Positions 49,451 to 62,094 of a stretch of DNA of 64,000 nucleotides are shown here, piece by piece. The notes under the pieces are model-generated. The model did no database searches, was not told where the DNA came from, and saw only the letters and a list, made by a program, of their open reading frames with translations. This DNA is from Squalus acanthias. Its lineage: Eukaryota. Both the position numbers and the translations under genes were made by a program. Each line of letters opens with the position of its first letter. Position 1 is the first letter of the stretch. Location of the stretch: positions 53,632,001 through 53,696,000 of the forward strand of contig CM059432.1 in the NCBI GenBank assembly GCA_030390025.1. The letters are read 5' to 3'.

Positions 49451-51460
49451 ATCAGCAGGCACAGAGTGGGAAATGGAGCCACTGCACTTCAGTACAGCCA
49501 GCAGTAATACATTTGACAGATATGTATAAATAGCTTAAAAACAACAGCAATCCAAGACAAGTCTAGTTCACTTGAAGGGATGGAAATGATGAACCAGAGC
49601 CAAATGATAGACAACAGGATTAATGGTAAGCAACCGCAACATGGACATAGCACACACCAGCCTGCCAACATACCTGTGCTCCACTTCCACATTCTTGAGT
49701 ACTGCTCTTTGAAACCCGACTGATGATTTGTAATAGTTCTTGGTTGGCCAGACTAGCTTTATATATTCTCTTTAGACACCTGAGAGTCATGTTGAGATTG
49801 CCCTGGCTTTTGAACAGCTGGGGTTTCTCCTCCTCAAGATTTAATTGTAAGCTACTTTCCACAAATTGTTATTGCTTAATTCAGGATTACCACTGGAACT
49901 TGCCTGACTATCACTGGTGCTATTTAGCCAAGGGTTACTACAAGGAGCAGGCTTACTATATCGACTGCTGCTTATCCAATCTGTATGGAGTCTTCCTCTT
50001 CTGTGATGATCATGTACCTGACAATGTCAATCTACTGCTGCTAAGGCTTTTAGGAATCTTGACGGAAGGAGCAACGTCTGTTTGGTTAACACCCTCAAAA
50101 GCCTGGTTACCTTCACTTTGATCAAGCTGTAAATATACGACGTAAAACCATCACTTTTTAATAGACTCCTGTAAAACTGAAAACATTTGGCCTCATTAAT
50201 CTAGTTACATGCAACTTTTGAATGGTCTATTCAGTATCTGATTTAATTGAAGTACTGAATTATGCATTAATCTTCACTTTTGATTTCCTTTGTGTGATCC
50301 CAATCTGCTGCACTTCCATGATACTGCCAAAGAAACCCCACTGTAATAATGAAATAGGGACTACACTCTGATACTATAAAGCAAACTATCAAATAAAACA
50401 ATTACTAATTTACCTTTGGCACAGAGTTTACTATTTTCAGCTCAATCAGATTCCCCATTTAATTTAGTCCCACACTGTTTGATTCTCTACAGGGATTACA
50501 TTTATACATACTTTAACTAGAAAAATAATCAGTGGTTTGTCTAGAGAAATCATTTAAAAGGTACTTCCAACAGGATAGTAAGAAATACACCGGTTTAATC
50601 TATGAAAAAATACAGCTGACATTCTATAAAATATATAAAGGTCAAGGGATAGGGTTACACTTTTTGGCGTAATTGGAAATGTGAATATCACTATCTAACA
50701 AGCCCTTAGTTTTCTTCTTTGGAATAACTGATCTTAAATGATGTTGTGCACTTTTTTGTAGTTTTCCTAACAAATGCTGCTGCAATAGTTGACAACGTTT
50801 TGCTGATAGCATTCCATCATTAAGAGCTGGGCAGAATGTATTAATATTAATACAGCCCACTGAGTAACTTCAGAATCAATTATTTCTGAACTGTTTCAAC
50901 AGTGAAGTGACATGGATCCAGTGATATGCAGCCATATCAGCTATGACAGATTAGTTCACATAAAATAAATATCTCAAATTACTAATCATTTTTAATAAAA
51001 GAAAACAAATCTTTTAGGTTCAGATGTGCAGAATTAATTTGGGCAGTGATTTAATATTACCAGGAATATGGCAAATCTATGACCTTTAAAGCCCATTAAA
51101 GTACTTGCATTCTGTCCCTGTTCCCTGAAGAAGAGTATTAGTGTACTGTGATCCTTATCAACTGTGGGTTTGTCCTGCAAATATTTAAATGTTTGTGCTA
51201 ATATTTCTAAAAGCAAAAATTCTCAATCTCCCTATGTTATTGATAGGGCATGGGGTTCATTTGGCACCAAGAAATAAACGAGATCTTAGTTTAAAAAGCA
51301 CCTAGTAGCATTGCTGTATGTACAATTGTGCACTTGTCTTTCAAATTAAACTTTGTGAGGCGACCAACAGTTAATAACAAATAGGGATAAACATTCTATT
51401 CAAGATGCAAATGGTTGTTCTGTTCATTTTTAGTATTTGTTGGCTTAGTTATGTAGGCGG

Positions 51461-52993
51461 TGTAAGATGTTTAAATTCACCCTTGACCTTTAACCCGTCC
51501 AACAGTTTCCAAAGTTCAGACCCGTGGAACAGGCAACACCAAACACAAGGATTCGAGAATAATTTACTTTTGACTTAAATTCAGCAAGAGGTTACAAGTG
51601 AGCTCACACTTAGGGCTGGATTTTATCAATGGAGACGTGCTGGAGGCGGGACTTCTGGTTTCCGGGTTTCAGTCCCGCCCCCAGCGACGTCAGACCAACC
51701 CACGCTATTTTCCCTTGATTGGCCTTGTTAAGCCCTGCGGGCTTACCGGCCAATTAAGGGAAAGCCGGTGACAGATGACGTCAGCATATGACGCTTCATC
51801 TGTTGAAAAATTTTTGACAGATGAATTGTCAGCGTTTGACAGCTTTGAGAAGCTGTCAAACACTGACAATCTCTGTTCTAAGATGAGCCCTTGCACAGAA
51901 GGCTCACCAAGACCTCTCTCCTCAGCAGGAAGCAGATGGCTGCTGCATCTGAGAATGCAGCAACCATTCTACCATCTCTGCCGTTGAGATGAGGCACCTC
52001 CGTATCCTCAAAGGTTGAAGCCTGCAGAAAGAAGCAAAGGTAAGGAAACTTTTTCCAACACTTTACACTCACCTCTCATACTTACCTGTCCACACTTGCA
52101 CCCATCACTCACGTCTACAGCTGACATTTCGACCTCTCTCACCCCTGCAGACCCACTGCTCGCCTCGCAGACACTGGCGAGGTTCGCAGCTGTTGGGAAG
52201 CCCGCAATTGCAGGCGTAAAATGGGGAAAAGCTTCAAAACTGCCTGTTAAATACCTGTTAACAGGCAGTTAATTGGCTCTAATCGCCTTCCCGCCTCGAG
52301 GAGACGGGTCCCTGCGCGACTTGGGGACCCGCCTCCCGGGAAGATGGCACGGAGATGGGTTGGGAGCGGGGTCGGTACCTGCTCCCAGTTTCTGCCATTT
52401 TTCCGGCAGTCCCGCCTCCATACCCGCCTCCCCAGGGTTGGGAAAATTCCCCCCAAAACTGTTGCATATAATACTCCTGATTATATCTAAGCATACACAG
52501 GTTTATTCCCTTACTTTAAGATCAAGCAATAATAAGCCAACATTACATACTTACTAACACCAGCGAGTGGTCAGTTCGGTGATGGCTAGACGTACGACTT
52601 TAATTGGCAACTGACCAGGTCGCCTCCCCCGACTGCAGCAGCCCTGAGTGTCTTGAAACAGCATCTTTTATACCCTGAAAACCTGGGCAGGCTCCTCAAT
52701 GCATATGTGCCCCAAATTGTGTGACAAATGGTCGGCAGTTGTTTTCCTCTTATCAGTGGGCCCCAAAGCCCTTCACACCACTTGCCTGAAGATGTTCCTG
52801 TCTTCGTAACACCCAACCATTTGTTCTTGCTCAGGGTCTGTCGCTTCCATATCTGATTAACAGCTTTCATACAAAGTTCCCACAGGAACCAATCTCTCAG
52901 CCTCCCGAAGCATGCTGGGATATTAAATTTGGTCAACTTTTTAAGTTTGCTCAAGTTATAGCAAATTCTTACAGCAAATGGCTTATTCTTACA
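51461..52993 (-). mobile_element. Solo LTR with a nested MITE
   Basis: Inverted termini TGTAAGA / TCTTACA; flanks GCGG / GCAG (4-bp TSD, one CpG-type mismatch); minus-strand TATAAAA near 52670 and AATAAA near 52505. Confidence 0.7.
51613..52454 (-). mobile_element. Non-autonomous Harbinger-type element, inverted copy of the 915-1744 family
   Basis: End-to-end similarity to the reverse complement of 915-1744; ends GGGCTGGATTTT / AAAATTCCCCCC. Confidence 0.9.
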
Positions 52994-53269
52994 GCAGATA
53001 CTTAATATTATTTGTATTTAGTATTTGTTTTGCATAGATAACAACATTGGGCTTCACTTCAAAATAATTCACTAATTGTAAAGCATTATGGGACGGCCTG
53101 AGGATGTGAAAGGCGCTATACAAATGCAATTCCTTTCTTATCTTTTTCTCTGTAGTGTTTGGGAATGGGAATGTCTATCTAGAGACCATCCTTCAGGAAA
53201 ACCATGATTTTTGGAACTTAGACCTGTTTAGGCTTTTATATCCAACTTTTAACTCAATTACTTGGAAGA

Positions 53270-53520
53270 TATATAAAAATCCTTTGACTGATGTTACGTG
53301 ATATTTTATTGAATTTCTTGGGAAGAACTTTACAAACAAGAAAAGTTAGGGACAGCTGTAGTTGTACTACAACTGAATAATACCATGCACTCCATTCTGT
53401 CACTGTGTTGGGTGAACGTCAAAATATTAAATGTAACTTCCAACAAATCACCTCAGGAAGAGTTCTGTTTGCAGTTATATTTTTCTGATGTTTATGTATT
53501 TATCTCAGAATCCATGCTAA
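53270..53520 (+). mobile_element. Ancient L1/Tx1-like ORF2 relic
   Basis: Homologous to 55075-55315 (-): FD*(W)LRDILLNFLGRTL and SPQEEFCLQ. Confidence 0.5.
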
Positions 53521-54559
53521 AGATAACTCACATTTTGAAACTTCTTGATAGCTCAATTAGTGAAGGTAGCATATAATGGTTAAACGCTAAGGAAGAGAAA
53601 ATCAGTTAAGATTCTTGCTCCTGATTACTGTCTAGTGACCGCTGTGAAAATACAGTTTTCTCAGGTGCACAGCAGCCAAGTTATCAGTCCTGAAAGGGAT
53701 CACTGGAGGTTGCTACCCAAAAGGTCTGTTAAAAGTTTTTTACTTGCCTGAATGTGGAGCCAAGAGGAGCAAGAGTGCTCCTCCTGACTCCACATTAAAA
53801 CGGTGGGCCGGTGCTGACCTGAGTTCTTCCCCCGTCCTGAATGCCTCACCTAGGCCCTCGACCAGTGTCCCAGCTGGCCAATTTTGCTCCCTCCCCATGA
53901 ATGGTGAGCTGCCTCTGGGGACGCAACTGGCGCTCACAACTCGCCGAAGCTCACTTTGAGCATGATCCTGTTTCTAGACCAATGCGTTCAGGCGAGGAGA
54001 AGTTTTCACTCCTAACTGGTCTAGCTCTAATTTTAAGAACAGCAGAACCCCCACAGAATTTCAGGGCCCATGTATCAAATGAAACTAAGAAACCTCTACA
54101 GCCCTGTTTTGAACTGCCATTAATTTGACTATCTGGTGCATCATTAAAATATTAAGACGTGCACTAAATGTGTCATATTTCACAAAATACATTGCTCCTT
54201 TACTGATGCAGCAAGTCTATTTTACAATTAAATCAACACAAATTTTGTTTTTATAGTGTCATTACTGTGAACTATTCGGGGTCGAGTTTCCACAGGGATT
54301 CTCCTGATCATCCACTGTAACATCGGTGGAAACGTCAGAGAAATGGTGTAAATGGCTATTTACGCTATTTTTCTGGGGCTCCCCCAGCGTTTCCATCGAA
54401 GTCGCGGTGGGCAATCGGGAGAACTCCAGCAGAAATTCCAGGCGTCCATCTTTATAGTTTCAAAGGTACTCTTGAAATCTTGTGGAGAAATAGAATCTCA
54501 ATGTTGCAATTGTTGAACAATTATCTATATGCACAATAGAACAAAATGTTCCTCAAGGA

Positions 54560-55520
54560 AGAGCTCAACCTCATTAACATGGTCATTTTGATAGTTTGCT
54601 CAGTGCCATACTTTATAACAGTGCAATTTTTGAACAAGAATAATGTCATCTCTTTTTTCATAAAAAGTGCAACTGTCTAAATATTGGTCAGTAAAAAGTC
54701 CCAGGTGGGCTATACCATCCAGAATACTTAGTTGCACAATGTTTGCCATACTATTAGAGAATGTTGGCACACTGTTTGATAATGGCAATGTTTTGCAGGC
54801 AAGCACTCTAAATAGTGTATCCCACTTGGGACCTTTCAACTTAACAAAAACTGTGTTGAATCAGATTTTTTTCTAAAAGGAGGAACAATCCCTTTGCTTG
54901 AGGTGAAATCTGCTGACTTGTTCCAATGAAAAAAGCATAATGCGCTGAGACAAGCTTGAAAGAGAATTGTGCAACTCATTAACAACTGAAATGTAGCATA
55001 TTTAGAAACAGGGTTGACTTCCCTAAAGGCCATCACTGCAAACTTTAGATTTCCAACAGAGGTATAAGTGAGGGCCACTCGAAATAAATATCCAAATCTG
55101 ATGAAAAAACATGCCTGTAAACAAAATTCTTCCTGAGGTGATCAGTTTGAGGCTGCAATTAATATTTGTTTTTTCATCCAGTCCACTGTCAGATTGGGCC
55201 ACAGTATACCATACAGCTTTTGCTTTCTTTTAACTGTTCTTGGTAAGGTTTTCCCAAAGAAATTCAATACAACTTCACGTAACCATCAGTCAAAGCATTT
55301 ATACGCTTTCTTTAAAATATTTGCACTTGGCCCAATTGGAAAAGCTCAGTACTTCTCAGTAATATTGTGGAACTTGCTGATGACACCAGGTTTTTGTGGC
55401 CAATTGACTGATGTTATATAGATCGCTTTAAATATGGTTAGGTCTAAGATATTGCACATCAGTAATTGCACATCAGTGATGCCATGTGCACAAAGGATAG
55501 TTGTTCACTTACAGACTTGT
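54560..55520 (-). mobile_element. Ancient L1/Tx1-like ORF2 C-terminal relic
   Basis: Long frame with few stops: AFPIGPSANILKK..CFD*WLREVVLNFFGKTLPR...ILWPNL, later IVQLSIL and a degraded Cys/His region, in the order expected for L1 thumb to CCHC. Confidence 0.5.
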
Positions 55521-56847
55521 AAAAAGGATAAGATTTGGTTGTGATTAACAATCCAGTCAAAGTGAGTCTGTTATCAGCAACACTAATAATGCATGGGACA
55601 TAACTTGGAATTATTACCCTGCAATACTGACTGGTAACTCATATTTGGAATTTTAGGCCCCACATTTTCAAAAGTATATCATCCAAATTATGAAGATAAA
55701 AGCAGATGGATTGGGGATAACGTAAATATAAGCAGGTTACTTAACAAACTGTGACAGCAGAATTGAAGATGTACATATAAAATTAACAAACTTCAAGTCG
55801 GACAAGAGGATAGAAGGATTTTGTTTTCCTGCAGTGGAATGCACACCTATCAAAAGCATTTAATGCGATAGTCATTAACCCCATTAAAAAGAAATTGGAT
55901 GAATATCTGATTAAGAGCAGGATTTAAAGATACAGATGGGAATTTTAACCCCCAAGAATGGGTGGGTTGGGAACAGGTAGGGGTGAAAATTTGTGATTTT
56001 TAGAGCAGGATTGCAACCCGGTTCCAACGCACCCACATTCGGGTTTAACAGAGGCAGGTTTGGATGCCTATGAGTAACCTATTCATTGAGTCGGGGATTT
56101 AATAACTGGATGCTTATTGGCTCAATTAACGTCTTTTTAAATTGCTTTTAACTTGGCTTTAAATTTAACCTGAGCAGCACAGGTTTCCCGGGGCTCGGGA
56201 AACTAACCAGGGAAACGGAGGCAAGTTTGAGCAGTAGTTCAGATGGGTATTTAAACTTCTCATTGTTCTATCTGAATAAAACCTCACTTATTGCAGCTGG
56301 TGTCTCAGTCCCCTCTGGCAAATGTTTGGCAGAGAGTGCGTGTGTGGATACAGCTTTTTACAACCTTTGAGGATTTTAAATTGACAAGATCAGGACGGGA
56401 GGTGCATTAGATGTGTTTCACAGTACATCAGAAGAGGAAGTCCATCACCATTCAGGGCAGCCACGACATGCTGTGGTGGGATCAGCATGTGCGCAGGAGG
56501 TAGTTACACAGGAGGGAGTTGCACAGGAGGGAGTTGCACAGGAGAGGAGCTGAGGTCACAGGAGGCACTAGCCATATCACTGGGTTTACAGACAGATGCT
56601 TAGCTTCCTTGACTATTCGGTAGAGCAGTATTTCCGCAGGCTGAGGTTGACACGTTAAGTGATGGCAGACATCTGCAGCCTCCAACAGGAAGACCTGCTC
56701 CCTGCTGGACCTGGTGGCGATGCATTACCAGTGGCTGTGAAAGTGACCACTGCCATCAACTTTTACACCTCCAGATCCTTCCAGGGTGCTACTGGAAACA
56801 TATCCAGGATCTCCCAGTCGGCTGCACAGAAATGCATAAGGCAGGTC

Positions 56848-57048
56848 GGTGCAATTGATGTAGGGTCAATTGTCAATTGTTAGATTTAAAATCTAAGATT
56901 GAGATTTTTTGTTAACCAAAGGTATTAAGGGATATGGGACAAAGGTGGATATATGGAGTTAGGTCACAGATCAGCCCTAATCTCATTGAATGGCAGAACA
57001 GGCTTGAGGGGCTAAATGGCCTACTCCTATTCCTATGTTCCTACATTT
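56848..57048 (+). mobile_element. CR1 3' tail insertion
   Basis: GATCAGCC..ATCTCATTGAATGGC...ATGGCCTACTCCT tail; splits CIRQV|TDGLF. Confidence 0.88.
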
Positions 57049-57594
57049 ACTGATGGCTTGTTTGCCAGGGCTGATAATTTTATACATTTCCCATGAAGAA
57101 AGTAGCCAGAATGAGCAGGTACTTGGATTCACCTCTCTGGCTGGATTCCTACAGGCACAGGGTGCTATCAACTACATACACGTGGCAATCCGAGCACCAC
57201 CACTGCAACCAGGAGTTTTTATAAACCGCAAGGGATTTTCGTCCATCAATGCACAGTTGGTGTGCAACCACAAGAGGAGGTTCATGCAGGTCTCTGAGAA
57301 CTGTCCTTGGGAGCGGTCATGATGCCTTCATACTGAGGCAGTCCAACATCCAAGACCTTTTCATTCCAGGAAGCAGACTTAAGCGTTGGCTCATAGGAGA
57401 CAAGGGATACCCACTTCAAACTTGGCTCATGACACCTGTGAGGAACCCCACCTAATGAGACACAAGAACGCTACAACGAGAGTCACATGACCAGCAGGTG
57501 TGTCATCGAGCAAGCCATTGGAATGTTGAGGATGCACTTCAGGTGCCTAGACAGGTCTGGAGGTGCCCTTCAGTACTCATCAGCCAGGGTGTCC

Positions 57595-57887
57595 TTCTTC
57601 TTTCTTAGGTAGTCTCTTGGAACCGAGGATGACTTGCTTCCAAACTAAGAATGAGTTCTCAGGTGACTGATGAGTCCAATGCGGGACCTACAGTCTCTGT
57701 CACAGGTGGGGCAGATGGTGATTGAAGGGGCAGGTGGGTGGGGTGATTAGGTTGACGTGCGCTCCTTCCGCTGTTTGCGCTTGGCTTCCGCTTGCTCCCG
57801 GCGAAGAGACTGAAGGTGTTCGGCGCCTTCACAGATGCTTCTCTTCCACTTTGCGCGGTCTTGGGCCAGAGATTCCCAGGTGTCGGT
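57595..57887 (-). mobile_element. RTE-clade LINE 3' fragment
   Basis: Minus WESLAQDRAKW...CPTCDRDCRSRIGLISHLRTH (C2H2), GAA-type tail, perfect 8-bp TSD GGGTGTCC. Confidence 0.92.
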
Positions 57888-58463
57888 GGGTGTCCAGAAT
57901 GATAGTGGTGTGCTGCGTCATGCACAACATTGTCCAGCAGAGAGGATTGCATGTGAGGAGGACAAAGGGGCTTGTTACTCATCTTCGGATGAGGAGAACA
58001 TAGAGGAGGAAGAGGAACAGGAGGAAGAGGAGCAAGAGAAGGAGAATGAAGATGGGGCACCCATCGCTAGATCAGCTGCTTACGTTGCTGCCCAGATGAC
58101 AGGGATGCTGTAATATTGCAAGGGTTCACTGAGAGTGAAACAACAAATGAAATCCTACCGCCTGCTCCCACCACCAGGACACCGCCATCTCCCTTTGCAC
58201 TAAACAATCCTTCAACCACTCATCCACCCATTGCACATCTGCCCAATGGATCCCGTCATGTATTGACATTCATCACAAAACAAATGGTAGGGCGAGTTGG
58301 CACTCAGGATGCAGTAATGGGCAAGATGTGGAAATGGTGCTAATCCATAAATTATATGAGGCATTATAAAAATAGGAAACTTAATAACATAACATTTTGT
58401 CAAACACCTATGTGCATACCCTTGGTGAATTACAATTTCTTCAAATTACACTTCCTACCCCTT

Positions 58464-60585
58464 CTACATAGTGCATCCCATGTGGCTTAGCCGATACAGA
58501 GGCAGGCTGCTCAGATCCTTGCCCTTACTGCTGAGATGCTTTTGGCCTACGCCCTCTGGGTTTTGGAGCCCAGGGGTCCTGCCAAAGACTGCTCCACCTG
58601 CATCTGTGCAGGAGCAGACTCGGCCATCGGAAGACGAGGCAGCATGTCGGTTACTGGCTGAGAAGGGGGCAATGGATGAGAAGTGGGAGCGATTTGAGAG
58701 GAGTTCCCACTTCAATGTCCCCTTTCACCATCATCCCTCTACTACACCAGCGCCACATCACTCCTACCACTCTGCTGCAAACCAGATTGGTGAAGATCAG
58801 TAATGTATTGTAAGGCCACAGATAAGGTATCCATCATCCTGTTTAAGGCGGCAGACAAGTTGGCATCCAAAGTCTGTACGGCCGTGGTCATGGCCTGTAT
58901 GGACTCATTTAAGAGCCTTCCTTGAAGCTCCATGGAGATATTCTCGGAATTCCCTGCACCACCAATCTACTAGTGATCAAGTTGGACTCCTCCTTCCTCT
59001 TCACTATTGTGGAGAGCATGCGTGGCACAACTGTCAGTACCTGGCTAAGTTGTTGATGCGCCTCCAGCATTCTCTTTCTCAACAATAGCCCCTGGGGTTC
59101 AGCATCTGTATCCAGCTGAGCAGAGCTTGGACAGGATTGCGCCCCCCGATGCGGACACTCCGCAGCTGTCCCTGCCACGAGTGTCTGCTCGTGCTCACTT
59201 GTGAGGTGTGAATCACCAGGTGAAAACCCAACTAGCTGTTGAAGTGGAACCATCAAAGTGCGAGTATCTGTGCTGGTGCATAGCTGTATGTCCAGTGATG
59301 GTGCATCCTCAGAAGGATCTCTGAGGTCCTCTGAGACATCCTGCAGCTCCAATAGCACTCAAGAAGCTCGACACCATCCAGGACAAAGCAGCCCGCTTGA
59401 TTGGCACCCCATCCACTACCTTAAACATTCACTCCCTCCACCACCGGCGCACTGTGGCTGCAGTGTGTACCATCTACAAGATGCACTGCAGCAACTCGCA
59501 AAGGCTTCTTCGGCAGTACCTCCCAAACCCCCAAACTCTGCCACCTAGAAGGACAAGGGCAGCAGGTGCATGGGAACACCACCACCTGCAAGTTCCCCTC
59601 CAAGTCACCATCCTGACTTGGAAATATATCGCCATTCCTTCATAGTCGTTGCGTCAAAGTCCTAGAACTTCCTCCCTAACAGCACTGTGGGAGTACCTTC
59701 ACCACATGGACTGCAGCAGTTGAAGAAGGCGGCTCACCTCCACCTTTTCAAGGGCAATTAGGGATGGGCAATAAATGGTGGCCTTGCCAGTGACACCCAC
59801 ATCCCAAGAACGAATTTTAAAAAAAATCGTCCTCATGGATGTCCTGCGACACTTGCTGTATGCGCGAAGGCCCTGGAAGACAAAAGAAAGGGATATGATT
59901 TAGTTGTGGCAAAGTCACAATCTTGACAATCACCATACTCAGTCTTCTCATAGTTGAGTCATTGATGAAATTAAGTCAGCATATGTGTGTCGGAGATATT
60001 TGTAATTCTGTCACCAGCTATCTCCCAGCTTCCTGTCTCTCCACCTCCGACTGAGAGGGATGCAGACGTGTCACTTATCTCCAGGGCGTCCTCCTCTGCA
60101 TCAGTGAGCTGGACTATTTGTGGCAGTTCACCTCCAGTCCTGTCCCTCTCCCTTGTGTTTTGTGCTCTCTTCTCCTATAAGGGGCGATAAAATAGAGCTG
60201 TGAGTGAGTGAAGGTCAGGTATTCCCCGATGGATGCAGTGCATTCGGTGAGGGTGACTGTGAGACAGCTGCATCACATTGCATCAGGATTGGGGTGAGTG
60301 GCAACGGTGGATGGATAAATGGGGAGGTGACGAAGTGCATAGAACGTGAAGGCTGGGTGATGCTGAATGTTGAGTGGGTGTGAGGAGTGATGTGATGGAG
60401 AATGCTTGGCAAGACAGAGTTAAGGGGGGGTGGGGTTGCTAAAAGCACAGGATGCAGTTGAATCAGCAAATATGCTATTTTTTCCTGACCTGGTTAGGTC
60501 ATTAAACTGTTTCCTACATTGCATTCAAGATCTGGGCACAATGCTCCTGCTGCTCACCTTCTCAGCTACCTCCAACTACACCTCA
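58464..60585 (-). pseudogene. Harbinger Myb/SANT gene; exon 1 end ~60585-60480, exon 2 60174-60015, exon 3 from 59872
   Basis: LEVAEKVSSRSIVPRS*MQCRKQFNDLTRSGK; ttatag|EKRAQNTRERDRTGG...|gtgaca; tcttccag| acceptor. Confidence 0.88.
59340..59826 (+). mobile_element. CR1-group LINE 3' fragment inserted in Myb exon 3
   Basis: Close match to 4745-5230, with poly-A. Confidence 0.92.
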
Positions 60586-60633
60586 CACCTCCAACCATTC
60601 AGCAATCTTGATACCCGCTCAGCTAAGTACTGC

Positions 60634-61864
60634 TGTAGAGATTCACATATCTCTGGTAAACAGGATCGAGTGCAAACCAATATGGTGGGTTTGTTGCATT
60701 TAATCAGAGTTTAGGACGGAATATAACACACTAGTAATACAGCAAAAACATACGACTTGCAACAAGCAGCTTGTACCAGACCCGATCAGACAGACGGCTG
60801 GCATGCGTGAGCAGTTCTCTGGCGTCTGGCCTCTCTCTCTCTCTCTCTCTAGGGCCTTCGATGGTGAGCATGGGATCACTCTCAAAAGAGCATTCGACCA
60901 GCACAACTTCTCTTTTTAACTTCTGTTTGGCTCTCCCTTCCACCGTCTGTGTGCAAGCCCTTGGGGTGTCACTTTTTATTCTCTTTTTAGGGGTGGGCCT
61001 GAGGCCAAGTTATTGACAAGACCATTTAACCTATAGAGGTTCCTCCAAAACTTCATCAACCAATGACAGCTCAAGTTCTTTGTGTTGGTGCTTGGATGAA
61101 AGTCCTCCCCAAAGAGGGTCTCATTACTTCATCCTTGTTTTTACATTTTGAAGGTTCCTCCATTGGAATCCATCTTATCTCTTTTTACTCTCTCCCCTTA
61201 ACCCAGCAAGTACAAGGCCCGGCCCTGTCCTTCTGGCCCCAGCCAGAGCTGTCGCACATTAACCAGTCGCTATCTCACCATTCTGACCTTCATGAATCCC
61301 TCCCCTTTTCTGCTGTGATCTTTTCTCTCAGAACTTTTACATAGCCAGACTTCCCATGAATTACGCTGCTTTCAGTGTTCAATAGCTGTTGTTTTATACC
61401 TTTTTTTCCCTTTCAAAATACATGGCAACTTGCAGCTGCTTGGGCTATCTCAGCTTCATCTAGCAAATGGCCCATTCTAAGATGGATACCTTAGCCTCCT
61501 CAAATTCCTTTCATTCTATGTCTTTTCCTAATTAACTTTTAATTATCTTCACAAGCAGTTCTGCTAAACAAACTCCAAATTCTATCTGTGGAGATTATAA
61601 TATGATTATTAGTAATAATGGAAGAAACATAGGTTGGGCCTTTACTGGCCAAATTAAAGATACATTAACAAAGTCAAAACCCTAACTTACAAACAACAGA
61701 TAACCAGCCTGGCAGGACCATCCTATGAGCCCCCGTGTGGAATGTTTATGTTTCACCTAATCTAACTGATTAAAAAGACTGTCTCAAATTCTAATGCAAG
61801 CTTTCCAGGAAAATGAAACTTATCATTTAAACACAGTATTTTTAGGCACCCCTAGTTTCTAACA
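60634..61864 (-). repeat. 3' LTR (~1.23 kb) of the retrovirus-like element
   Basis: Minus termini TGTTAGA...TCTACA, immediately preceded by PPT-like AAGGTGGGGAC. Confidence 0.75.
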
Positions 61865-62094
61865 GTCCCCACCTTGAGAGGGAGAAAAACTCTATTTCGA
61901 CCTCTCATTTACGAACCTCTACCAACCATGTCAACTCAAAATTATTGGTTCGACGGTTCAATTCACTATTCCGGTGTTCCAATTCTGCCCCGCCTGGGGT
62001 ATCCTCTGTCTTCTATCTTTCCTGATCTTACCCCGCCTGGGGTCTCCTCTACGTTGTCTCTGATTTTCATCCGCCATTAATTCATTAGTACAGT

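Larger units (their letters stand above)
56395..58135 (+). pseudogene. Harbinger DDE transposase, interrupted
   Basis: ALPVAVKVTTAINFY, GAINYIHVAIRAP, FINRKGF, GSGHDAFILRQS, WLIGDKGYP, RCVIEQAIGML, CCVMHN. Confidence 0.93.
55935..60600. mobile_element. Third Harbinger transposon (transposase on +, Myb on -), three LINE insertions, right end not seen
   Basis: Left end GATGGGAATTTTAACCCCC; both genes recognisable. Confidence 0.88.

Noticed and set aside
915..52454. Giant 51-kb element bounded by the two inverted MITE copies
   Set aside because: Each copy has both of its own ends and interrupts a different host repeat.
55080..55150. ITSGRILFTG resembling a glutamate-receptor segment
   Set aside because: The silent-substitution pattern supports a different frame, and the motif spacing does not fit.
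56494..56548. 15-bp tandem repeat AGGAGGGAGTTGCAC as a CRISPR-like array
   Set aside because: No spacers; it is a short tandem expansion in the transposase N-terminus, in a eukaryotic context.
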